From assembly GCA_028826165.1 (NCBI GenBank), contig JAPDFW010000032.1, positions 1 to 61,196 of the forward strand: 61,196 bases of DNA, written 5' to 3'. Positions 27,207 to 39,429 of this stretch are shown one piece after another. This DNA is from Anaeramoeba ignava BMAN. Taxonomy: Eukaryota; Protista; Anaeramoebae. Numbering within the stretch: the stretch's first letter is position 1; each line of letters begins with the position of its first letter. The notes below the pieces were generated by a model that did no database searches, was not told the origin of the DNA, and saw nothing but the letters and a program-made list of their open reading frames with translations. Both the position numbers and the translations under genes were made by a program.

Positions 27207-30200
27207 ATGAATAAAAATACAAAAAATCCCAAAAACACAATTACCATTCCAAACGAAAAAACAAAGACAACTGAGACCCCAATAAGACAAATAAAAGAAG
27301 TGACGAAGAATCAACCAAACCAACAGACGGGACAGAATTGGAAATATCAATCAAAATCCTTAGACCGACTAACAACAATATTAAAGAGATCACTTGATCC
27401 ATCGAATTTCTCAACAAACTACATCCTCTCACAATCCCTTGAAGATAAGCTAAAGATTTCACAACGAAATCCCAACATAATGTTTTTACAGAATTCAAGC
27501 GGGACGTTGCAAAGAACCAACAGTTTGGGGAATTTTGGAGAGCAAGGCATAAAAAATCCAAAACCGATACCTTTTTTTCCAATTCAAAAAACGTTAAAAA
27601 ATGAACCAAAATCTTCTCCTAATTTACAAATGCTTTGGCAAAAACCTTTAAAAAATATCTCCAATTCAAATCCTCATTATTCTTTTACTCCTCCTCCAAT
27701 TATGTTTGAATCTTCTTCTTTACCAATTTTCCAATCAATTAGAAAAGGTATTTTTTTTTTTTAAAATTAAAAATTTGTTTAAAAATTTCAATTTAAAAAA
27801 AAAGGGGATCAAAAAAAGGAAAATTTAATTAAGCAAACAATAAAAATTTAATTAACATAAAATAAACAAATTTAAATAAGCAAAAATAAAAATTTGATAA
27901 ACCAATTTAATAAACAAATTTAATAAAACAAACAAGAATAAAAATTTAATAAACATATTTGGGGGTCTATCTTATTTATTTCAATTCAAAATCAAAATCA
28001 AAATCAAATTGAAAATGAAATTGAAAATGAAATTGAAAATTAAAATTAAAATTAAAATCAAAATCAAAATCAAAATCAAAATCAAAATCAAAATGAAAAT
28101 CAAATTGAAAATGAAATTGAAAATGAAATCAAAATCAAAATTAAAATCAAAATCAAAATCAAAATCAAAATCAAAATTAAAATCAAAATTTAAATCAAAA
28201 TTAAAAATCAAAATTAAAATCAAAATTAAAATCAAAATCAAAATCAAAATTAAAATCAAAATCAAAATCAAAATTAAAATCAAAATCAAAATTAAAATCA
28301 AAATCAAAATTAAAATCAAAATCAAAATCAAAATTAAAATCAAAATCAAAATTAAAATCAAAATTTAAATCTAAATCAAAATTTAAATCTAAATCAAAAT
28401 CAAAATTAAAATTAAATTCAAAATCAAAATTAAAATCAAAATTAAAATCAAAATTAAAATTAAAATCTAAAATCAAAATCAAAATTTAAATCTAAATCAA
28501 AATTTAAATCAAAATCAAAATCAAAATCAAAATTAAAATCAAAATTAAAATTAAAATCAAAATTAAAATCAAAATTCAAAATAGGAAATCAAGATAAAAC
28601 GGAAGAAATTGAAGAAAGAACTCAAGAAATACAAGAATTACAAATACCAAGAGAAGCTAGAAATCAAGGAAACGGAGGAAACGAACGATTTTTTTTCTCA
28701 ACACAAGATGACATATTTTTGAATCAAGTAGAAGAAGACAATCCAGGAATAGAATTAACACTTGAGAATGCAGAATGGTATGAAGTTGAGTTCAAATCAG
28801 GAAGAAGAGATTATTATTTCTGTAAAAATACCCTCAAATTAAAAGAAAGTGATTTCGTTATCGTTGAAGCTGATAGAGGTCTTGATTTGGGTAGAGTTGC
28901 TGCTTATGTTCCTTTGCAAAATTTGGAAGATAATTTGGAACAACTTATTGATGAATCTATTTTTGATGAAAAAAAACCCATTTTGAGAAAAGCTTTTAAT
29001 AATGAAATTGCTAGTCTTTCAAATAAAATTGAAGATGAAAAAAAAGCTTTGTTGATTTGTATTAATAAAGTTGCTCAAAGAGATTTGCCAATGAAAGTAA
29101 TTGGATATTCAAATCTAAATCAAATCAAATCAAATCAAATCAAATCAAATAAAATCAAATAAAATCAAATCAATTCAATATTCAAATCAAATTAAATCAA
29201 ATCAAATCAATTCAAATTAAATCAAATCAAATCAAATCAATTCAAATTAAATCAAATCAAATCAAATTTAATATTCAATTCAATATTCAATTAAATCTAA
29301 ATTAAATCAAATCTAAATTAAATTAAATCAAATTAAATTAAATTTAATATTCAAATATAAATCAAATCTAAATTAAATTAAATCAAATTAAATTAAATTA
29401 AATCAAATAAAATCAAATCAAATCAAATCAAATCAAATTAAATTAAATTAAATTAAATCAAATCAAATCAAATTAAATCTAAATCAAATCAAATCTAAAT
29501 TAAATTAAATATTAAATTTAATATTAAATTAAATATTAAATTTAATATTTAATTCAATTCAATATTCAATTCAATAATTCAATTCAATTCAATATTCAAT
29601 TCAAATTAAAATTAAAATTTAAATTAAATTCCAAATCAAATTTAAATTAAATCAAAATTAAATTAAATTAAATTAAATTAAATCAAAATTAAAATCAATA
29701 TTCAATTAAATTTAAATTAAATTAAATTAATTCAATATTCAATTAAATCAAATTAAATCAAATCAAATCAAATCAAATTCAATTCAATATTCAAATCAAA
29801 TTAAATCAAATTCAATTTAAATTAATTTAAATCAATATTCAATTCAAATCAAATCAAATCAAATCAAATTCAATTAAATTAAATTCAATATTAAATTTAA
29901 TATTCAATTCAATATTCAATTCAATAATCAAATCAAATTCAATTCAAATCAAATCAAATCTAAATTAAATTAAATTAAATTAAATTAAATTAAATTAAAT
30001 TAAATCTAAATTAAATTAAATCAATTTAAATTAAATTAAATTAAATATTAAATTTAATATTCAAATATAAAAGGTTTTAGATGCTGAATTCCAATTTGAT
30101 AGAAAGAAATTAACTTTTTATTTTTCTGCAAATTCTCGTATTGATTTTAGAGATTTAGTGAAAGATTTATTTAAAATTTATAAAACAAGAATTTGGATGA

Positions 30201-30226
30201 AACAAACTCATACAAAAGAAATTTAA
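27207..30226 (+). CDS. PSP1 C-terminal domain protein (PSP1/YaaT/RicT family)
   Basis: Exons 27207-27747, 28585-29096, 30074-30226 (a noisy extra exon at about 27805-27964 is possible). Motifs [30 protein letters not shown]|[42 protein letters not shown]. Confidence 0.88.
27981..28580 (+). repeat. Intronic (AAAATC/AAAATT)n satellite
   Basis: Hexamer array in PSP1-gene intron. Confidence 0.95.
29110..30060 (+). repeat. Intronic pentamer satellite (AAATC/AAATT) mixed with TTCAATA
   Basis: Fills the last PSP1-gene intron. Confidence 0.93.
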
Positions 30227-30563
30227 ACAAAAACAATTTAAAAAAAAAAGAATTTAAACAAAATAAAGTTTCATTCTTTTTTTTGGATTTTTCTTTTATT
30301 CAACATTTAAAGAAATTATTTTCAAATTTCTTTTTCTTTTTCTTTTTCTTTTTCTTTTTCTTTTTTTTTAGATTTGTTCTTTTTTTTTCTATTTCTCTAA
30401 AATCTTTTTTCTTTTAGAATTTCTTGCATTTTTTTGAATCAATAAAAATGGAAAATCAAAAATTAAAATTTTTTATTCTTTTTATTCTTTTTTTTTTTGA
30501 TCAAATTGTCTTATTTTTAATTTTGATTTTTTTTTTTTTTGAAAAGAAAGTAAAAAGAAAAAT

Positions 30564-32990
30564 TTATTTATTTTTCTTTTTTTGTTGATTTAAAATTTCA
30601 GAAAGAAAAGCAACAATTTGGTCACGAACAAAAATTAAATCAGGTTGCATTGCAGAATTAAATTCATGATAAGGAGCACAATGAGCAGCAGAATCATAAA
30701 TATAAGAAGTAACAGAATCAGAAACATTTTGCAATTTTGATAATTTTGACCCTAAAAATTTGAATAAGTAAAAAAAAAATAATTTAAATAATTTGAATAA
30801 GCAAAAATAATTTAAATAATTTGAATAAGCAAAAAAATAATTTAAATTAAAATTTAAAAAATTGTTTAAATTCCTATTAATTACAAGGATCAGTTCTTCC
30901 ATTTGTGAAAATAATATTAGTAACATCAGAAAAATTATAACCGCCAAAATATTGATTAGTTTCATCTTGAGCAGGATCCATCATGAAACCAAACAACAAA
31001 TTCATATACATATAATGGAAACCCATATTAATATTTGGGAAAAACAATTGAGAATTTTGAGGGGTATTCTTATAGTAACCAAACTCAGTAAATTTCTGCC
31101 AAAACCAAGCACGATCGGCATTCATTTGTTGAAAATTATTAACATCGAGATTAATACATGAATTAACAGGAATCATATAATTTGCAAGAACTTGCATAGG
31201 TTCTTGAGATTGTAAAATTGCTTGGCAAAAAGCGGGTAAAGGATAATCTGGGGGATTATTATACTGGACAAGAAGTTGAAGAGTTTCTGTGATCAAATAT
31301 TCCAAACCAAGCGCTTCGTATTGAGTATCAAAAGGCTGGCAAGTATTAAACATTCCCTGAAGCGCAATTTTTCCTTCTGGTGTAAGAAGAAGGTTTTCAA
31401 TTCGTCGGTTGACTTCAATCAATATTGTCTTGCAATCTTCAGGAATTGCATTTTCGACAGTTTCGTCGAATTCAATATAATCAATTTTGGCTTCGATTGG
31501 TGAGCTTCCGCTTACTGCTGCTGTGATTAAATTGGGTAATTTCATTCGTGAGAATGCGGATAACATTCCTGCATAAGAACATCCAAATGATATCCATGTT
31601 GTGTTTGTGGGAAGATTGAATAAATCCATCATTCGTGTGTATAATGTTGTTATGTCCATTATTGCTTGTACTGTTGTTAAGTATTTTAATGATTCTACTG
31701 TAGTGTTGCTTCCAAATGGTAAACTTGTTCCGTAGTAGCGATGTTCGAATGCAATGAATAAGGCTCCAAATTGTTCTGCGAGTTCCAATTCAAATGGATA
31801 CTAAATTTTAAATTAATAAAAGATTTTAATTTTTAAATTTTAAATTTTAATTTTTGTTTTAATATTAAAATGAATTTCGAATTAAATTTTAATTTTTTTA
31901 AATTTTAATTATAAAATGAATTTCGAATTAAATTTCGAATTTATTTTAATTTTAATTTTAATATTAATTTTGATTTTAATTTTAATTTTAATTTTAATTT
32001 TAATTTTAATTTTAATTTTAATTTTAATTTTAATTTTAATTATAAAATGAATTTTGAATTTTTAATTATAATTTTAATTTTAATTTTTAATATTAATTTT
32101 ATAAATGAATTTTTAATTTTAATTTTAATTTTAAATTTTAATTTTAATTATAAAATGAATTTCGAATTAAAATTTTGATTTTAATTTTTATTTTCAATTT
32201 TTAATATTAATTTCAATTTTAATTATAAAATGAATTTCGAATTAAATTTCGAATTAAATTTTTATTTTAATTTTTAATTAATTTTAATTTTAATTTTAAT
32301 TTTAATTTTAATTTTTAATTTTAATTTTAATTTTAATTTTAATATTAATTTTAATTTTAATTTTAATTATAATTTTTAATTTTAATTTTAATTTTAATTT
32401 TAATTTAAATTTTTAATTTTAATATTAATTTTAATTTTGATATTTATTTTAATTTTAAAAATGAATTTTAATTTTAATTTTGATTTTGATTTTTATTAAT
32501 TTTAATTTTATAAATGAATTTTAATTTTAATTTTTTAATTTTTAATTTTAATTTTAATTTTAATTTTAATTTTAATTTTTGAATTTTAATTTTAATTTTA
32601 ATTTTAATTTTAATTTTAATTTTAATTTTAATTTTAATTTTAATTTTAATTTTAATTCTAATTTTAATTTTAATTTTAATTTTAAATGAATTTTAATTTT
32701 AATTTTAATTTGAATTTTAATTTTAATTGTAAATTTAAATACCATTTGTAAAAATCTTCAAGTTGAATTTAATTTTAGGTTGAAAATATTTTAATTTACA
32801 AATATTTTTAATTTTAATTTTAATTTCAAGAGGATTAAAATGATCAACTTTTTGATCAATATAAATTAAAAATTTCCAGGAGGTTTTGTTTTCGTTATTA
32901 ATTTTAATTTCGAATTTTATTTAATTTTATTGTTGCAATAAAAATATTGAAATTATTATTATTGTTATTAATTTTAATTTTCTTTAATAA
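30564..32990 (-). CDS. Peptidase S28 family serine peptidase (PRSS16/PRCP-like); first exon garbled, start approximate
   Basis: Exons 31800-30885 and 30751-30564. Motifs AFEHRYYGTSLP, LKYLTTVQAIMD, FGCSYAG (catalytic Ser), IIFTNGRTDP|W (Asp), AAHCA (His). Fragments IDQKVDHFNPL of exon 1 occur at about 32830-32860 and 33270-33330. Confidence 0.82.
31810..32735 (-). repeat. Intronic (AAAATT)n satellite
   Basis: Intron 1 of the S28 peptidase. Confidence 0.93.
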
Positions 32991-33694
32991 AAATAAAATT
33001 AAAAAAAATTGAAAAATGAAATTTGAAATTAAAAATATTTTATTTTTAATTTTACAAATTTTAACTAATTTTCTTTTTATTTATTTTTATTAAATTTTTT
33101 GATTTTGATTACAAAATTTTAATTTTAAAAATTTTTAATATAATTTTTTAATTTAAAATGAATTTCGAATTAAATTTCCTTTTTAAATTTAAACAATAAA
33201 CAAAAATTTGTAAAAATCTTGACAGATATATTCACCAAAATGAAGATGAAAAACAGAAATGTAAAATAACTTTCTGTTTAAAAGTTCTTGTATCAAGAGG
33301 GATTAAAAATGATCAACTTTTTGATCAATATAAATTAAAAATTTTGATTTTGTTTTAATTTTGGTTTTGCTTTTTTTTGATAAATTTTGACTTTTGATTT
33401 TTATTTTGGAATTTGATTTTTATTTTATTGTTTTTAATTTTGATTTTCTTTATAAAAATAAAAAAAGAAAAATGAAAAATGAAAAATGAAAAATGAAATT
33501 AAAAATATTTTTTTGTTACTAATTTTACAAATTTTAACTAATTTTCTTTTTATTTATTTTTATTTTGATTTTGATTTTGATTTCATTACAATTTTTTTTT
33601 AAAAATTTTTATTTTTCATTTTGATTTTTATTTTTTTAATTTTTTAATTGATTTTGATTTTTAAATTTAAACAACAACAAAAACAAAAACAAAA

Positions 33695-36615
33695 ATGACA
33701 GATATATCTGAAAATGAAGATGAAAATGTTAGAATTTGGAAAATGAAAAGATTAATTAAATCCATAGAATTATCAAGAGGGTAAAAAAGAATTGATTTTG
33801 ATTTAAATTTTAATTTAAATTTTAATTTTGATTTTGATTTTAATTTAAATTTTGATATTAATTTTGAATTTTGATTTTAATTTTGATTTTAATTTTGATT
33901 TTAATTTAAAAATTGATTTTGATTTTGATTTTGATTTTGATTTTGATTTAAATTTTGATTTTGATTTTGAATTGAAAATTAATTTGAAAAAAAAAAACAA
34001 ACAACGAATAATTTTAGAAATGGAACAAGTATGGTTACTTTAATTTTACCTCCAAAAGATCAATTAGCAAAAGCAATCAAAAAATTAGGTGAAGAATATG
34101 GAACAGCAACAAATATTAGAGTAAAAATTAATTAAATTAAAATTAAAATTAAAAATTAAAAATAAAAATAAAAATCAAAATAATTAAAATTAAAATTAAA
34201 ATTAAAATTAAAATTAAAATTAAAATTAAAATTAAAATTAAAATTAAAATTAAAATTAAAATTAAAATTAAAATTAAAATTAAAATTAAAATTAAAATTA
34301 AAATTAAAATTAAAATTTAATATTAAAATTTTTCAGAATCGAGTAAATAGACAAGCTGTTTTATCAGCAATTATTAGTGCACAAGAACGTTTAAAAAATT
34401 ATTCCCAAGTTCCTGAAAATGGACTTGTTTTATATTCTGGAACTGTTTATACTGATGATGGAAAAGAAAAACAAGTTACTATTGATTTTGAACCTTTTAA
34501 ACCAATTAATACATCTGTTTATCTTTGTGACAGTCGATTTCATACAGAGGTTTTTATTTATATTTTATTTAGAAATTATTATTAAAATTAAAATTCATTT
34601 TAAAATTAAAATTAAAATTAAAATTAAAATTAAAATTAAAATTAAAATTAAAATTAAAATTAAAATTAAAATTAAAATTAAAATTAAAATTAAAATTAAA
34701 ATTAAAATTAAAATTAAAATTAAAATTAAAATTAAAATTAAAATTAAAATTAAAATTAAAATTAAAATTAAAATTAAAATTAAAATCAAAATCAAAATCA
34801 AAATTAAAATTAAAATTAAAATTAAAATTAAAATTAAAATTAAAATTAAAATTAAAATTAAAATTAAAATAAAAAAGCCTTTACAAGAACTTCTTGAAAA
34901 TGATAGTAAATATGGATTTATTGTTATGGATGGAAATGGATGTCTTTTTGGTACTTTAAGTGGAAATACAAAAAGAATTTTACATAAATTTACAGTTGAT
35001 CTTCCCAAAAAACATGGTTTGAAATTCAATATTATATTTTGAAAATTTAAAATTAAAGTTTTAATTAAAATTTTATAGGAAGAGGAGGACAATCAGCACA
35101 ACGTTTTGCAAGACTTAGAACTGAAAAAAGACACAATTATGTTAGAAAAGTTGCAGAAACTGCAGCTCAATTATTTTTATCTAATAGTGTTGTAAATAAG
35201 AATTTTGATTTAAAATCAAATTAAAAATAAAAATAAAATTTAAATTAAAATCAAATTAAAAATAAAATTAAAATTAATATTAAAAATAAAATTAAAATTA
35301 AAATTAATATTAAAATTAATATTAAAATTCAAATTAAAATTAAATTCAAAAATTAAAAATAAAATTAATATTAAAATTAATATTAAATTTAAAATTAAAA
35401 TTAAAATTAAAATTTAAATTAAAATTAAAATCAAAATTAAAATCAAAAATAAAATTAATATTAAATTTAATATTAATATTAAATTTAAAATTAAATTTAA
35501 AATTAAAATTAAAAATTAAAATTAAAATTTGAATTAAAATTAAAAATAAAATTAATATTAAAATTAAAATTAAAATTAAAAATTAAAATTAATATTAAAA
35601 TTAAATTTAAAATTAAAAATTAAAATATAAAATATAAAATTTAAAATTAATATTAAAATTAAAATTAAAATTAAAATTAAAATTAAAATTAAAAATAAAA
35701 TTAAAATTTAAATTTAAAATTAAAATTAAAATTAAAATTAAAATTTAAAATTAAAATTAAAATTAAAATTAAAATTTAAAATTAAAAATTAAAATTAAAA
35801 TTTAAAATTAAAATTAATATTAAATTAAAAATTAAAAATTCATTTATAAAAATTAATAAAAAAAGCCAAATGTTCAAGGATTAATCTTAGCAGGATCAGC
35901 AGATTTCAAAACAGAACTATCAAAATCCGATCTTTTCGATGCCCGACTCCAAGGGGTAGTAATCAAAGTAGTTGATATAGCATATGGAGGAGAAAACGGA
36001 TTTAATCAAGCAATCGAATTAGCAGCAGAATCACTAGCAGATGTGAAATTTATACAAGAAGTAAAAGTAATCAACGAATATTTTGAACATGTTCGACTTG
36101 ATACAAACAAATACTGTTTCGGAGTGTTTGATACAATAAAAGCACTTGAATCTGGAGCAGTTGAAAAATTAGTTGTTTGGGATTCAATTGATGTGATAAG
36201 ATATTTAGTTGAAAATTCAGAAACAGAAAAAGTTTATCCGATTTTTTTAAATGAAGAACAAAGACAAAAACCAGAAAGTTTTATCGATCCAAAAACGGGT
36301 CAACAACTTGAAATTCGGCAACAAGAACCGTTATCAGAATGGATCGCTAATAACTACAAAAAATACGGAGCTAAAATTGAAATTGTCTCAAATAAAAGCC
36401 AAGAAGGCAGTCAATTTTGTAGAGGTTTTGGTGGAATTGGTGCTATTCTTAGATATCCTCTTGATTTCTCAATTTATCATGACCAATCTGATGATGATAT
36501 TGATGATCTTGATGAGGTTGATTCTTCTTTACAACAGGATTTTGCTCAGAAAAAAGTAGAAGAAATTGATGATTCTGATGATGATAGTGATTATGATGAT
36601 GATCCTTTTTTCTAA
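33695..36615 (+). CDS. ETF1: Eukaryotic peptide chain release factor 1 (eRF1/Sup45), 6 exons
   Basis: Exons 33695-33780, 34018-34120, 34337-34549, 34878-35016, 35079-35191, 35866-36615 splice in frame. Motifs [80 protein letters not shown]. Confidence 0.97.
34125..35830 (+). repeat. Three intronic (AAAATT)n arrays in eRF1 (about 34125-34325, 34600-34870, 35210-35830)
   Basis: Near-perfect hexamer arrays between eRF1 exons. Confidence 0.93.
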
Positions 36616-36699
36616 ATCTTTTTAAATCTTTTTTTAAAAAAAAAACAACAAAAAAATTTCATTTCAACAAAATCAATAAACAAAACAGAATTTAGATAC

Positions 36700-37240
36700 A
36701 AAATTATTATTAAATTTATTATTAAAATTATTATTAAAATTATTATTAAATTTATTATTAAAATTATTATTAAATTTATTATTAAAATTATTATTAAAAT
36801 TATTATTAAAATTATTATTAAATTTATTATTAAAATTTATTATTAAAATTATTATTAAAATTATTATTAAAATTTATTATTATATTTATTATTAAAAATT
36901 ATTATTAAAATTATTATTAAAAATTATTATTAAATTTATTATTAAAATTATTATTAAAATTATTATTAAAATTATTATTAAATTTATTATTAAAATTATT
37001 ATTTAATTTATTATTAAAATTATTATTAAAATTATTATTAAATTTATTATTAAAATTATTATTAAAATTAAAATTAAAATTAAAATTATTATTAAATTTA
37101 TTATTAAATTTATTATTAAATTTATTATTAAAATTATTATTAAATTGATTATTAAAATTATTATTAAATTTATTATTAAATTTATTATTAAATTTATTAT
37201 TAAAATTTATTATTAAAATTATTATTAAAATTATTATTAA
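36700..37240. repeat. Intergenic 12-mer satellite (AAATTATTATTA) between convergent eRF1 and G-alpha
   Basis: Tandem 12-mer; its reverse complement equals the unit in the last WDR11 intron. Confidence 0.93.
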
Positions 37241-37310
37241 ATTTGATCCACTTTTTATTCCACTTTTTTTATTTAAAAACAAAGAAAACAAATTCATTTT
37301 TTTTTTAGAT

Positions 37311-39298
37311 TTAAAAATCTAAATCTTCCAAAGAGCGTTCAAATAAACTATGTAAAGTAATTAAGAAAACTGAAGAAATTTTATCTGAATCAATTGCACA
37401 AGTAAGAAAATGATAAATATCTCTACTTGGATAATCAGAACTTGAATTAATATTTAAAAATAAAGAGACAATATATTCAGTAACTTCTGTAAAATCTCTT
37501 GAACCTAAAAAAAAAAGCAAAAAAAAGAAGAACAAGAAGAAAAAAAATTTTTTTTTTGGATTAAAAAATAAAAAGGTGAAAAAAAAAAAAGTTTGTTTAT
37601 TTTTAAACCTTGATAAGATGGAATATTCAATTCATTATTTGGATCTGAAAGTAATTCTTTGAATAAATCAAGTTTGTTGAAAAAAATTACAACAGTTGTC
37701 CTTTCAAACCAAGGACAAGAAACAAGATATTGGAAAATATCAAGAGATTCCTAAAATAAAAATGAAAATAAAATTAAAAATTAAAATTAAATTTAAATTT
37801 AAATTTAAATTTAAATTAATAAAAAAACCTGAAGTTTTGAAATTTTTTGTTCTTTTGATTTTTGTTGAAAGCAATTTGTTAAAGAAACAAAGAAAATAAC
37901 TGAAGTTGTTCCTTCAAAACAATGAATCCTAGAATAAATCAAATTTAATCAAAAAAAGTGGAATAAATCAATTTTCAAATAATTTAAAATAATTTAAAAT
38001 AAATAATCTACCATTTTCTTCTTTGACTTCTTTGGCCTCCAACATCTACAAGTCGAAAATGATATCCTTTAATTGTAAATTCTTCTTCTTGAATAGATCT
38101 AGTTTGATATCTTGCATGAATAATATCTTCGTTTGTAGGTGAATAATATTCATTTGAAATACGATCAATATTTTGAAAGAAACTTGAAAAAGAATTTTTG
38201 ATTTTGATTTTAATTTTAATTTTAATTTTAATTTTAATTTTAATTTTGATTTTGATTTTAAATTTTAATTTTGATTTTGAATTTTGATTTTTGATTTTGA
38301 TTTTGATATTGAATTTTAATTTTTGAATTTAGTTTTAATTTCAATTTTGATTTAAATTTTAATTTTGAATTCAATTCTAAAATGATTTTAATTTTGATTT
38401 TGATTTTGATTTTGAATTCAATTTTAATTTTGATTTTGATTTTATTGATTTTGATTTTGATTTTGATTTTAATTTTGATTTTGATTTTGATTTTAATTTT
38501 AATAATGATTTTAATTTTAATTTTGATTTTGAATTTTGATATTGATTTTGATTTTAATTTTAATTTTAAATTTGATTTTGAATTCAATTTTAAAATGATT
38601 TTAATTTTGATTTTGAATTTTAAAATGATTGTGATTTGGATTTTCCTATAAAATATTTACTAAACAGCTGATTCAAATGATTCAAGTTGTAATTTTGCAT
38701 ATGGATAAATTTTTTGAATTCCTGAATCATTCCATAAATTTTTAATTATTTCTGAATCTTCTTGAGAAATAAAATCTTTATTATTTGGAATTTTATCAAG
38801 CTTTTTCATATCAAACTAAAATTTAAACCGAATAAATCAACCAATAAACCAATAAGAAATTAAATGAAAAAAATTGAAATAAAAATTTTTCCAATTTTTC
38901 TTGATTTACTTTGTTTTTGATTTCAATATTAAGATTATTTGCAAGTGAACATAACTTCTTCATCAAAGAAATGCAATTTCTGGAAATAATTTGACGAAAT
39001 TCTATGACAGTTTCTTGATTAAAATTGCCATTTTGAAGGAGTTGAACTTGACGAAAAAAAGTACTTTTTCCTGTTGATCCAGCTCCTTTTATTTTTTTTT
39101 TGACAGAATTTATCATTTTTTGGTTATTCATTCAATATATAATCATTTATGTTTTTTATTCTCAAAAATACCAAGAAGAAGAATCTTTGTTTCCTTTTCT
39201 AATTTGATTTTTTGTTTATGCAATAATGATTCAATTTCTTTGTTTCTTCTTCTCATTTCTTGATTATAAAATGGATCTTTTGAATAACAACAACCCAT
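37311..39298 (-). CDS. Heterotrimeric G-protein alpha subunit, 7 exons
   Basis: MGCCYS lipidation signal; KILLLG|AGSTGKST (G1), HARYQTRSI (G2), DVGGQRSQRRKWIHCFE (G3), FFNKLDLF (G4), TCAID (G5); six GT-AG introns splice in frame. Confidence 0.93.
38195..38630 (-). repeat. Intronic (AAAATC/AAAATT)n satellite
   Basis: G-alpha intron 3. Confidence 0.9.
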
Positions 39299-39429
39299 TG
39301 AATTATAATTGTAATTATAATTATATTTAGATTTGTAAAATGATTTTGGAAATGATTTTTAAGAAGATTTTATTTTTTTTGGATTTTTTTGATGAAAAAA
39401 AAGAATTAAAAAAAATGAAAAAAATGAAA

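Noticed and set aside
31560-31590. GCSYAG instead of GGSY in peptidase S28 as loss of activity
   Set aside because: Catalytic Ser, Asp (DPW across the splice) and His (AAHC) are all present.
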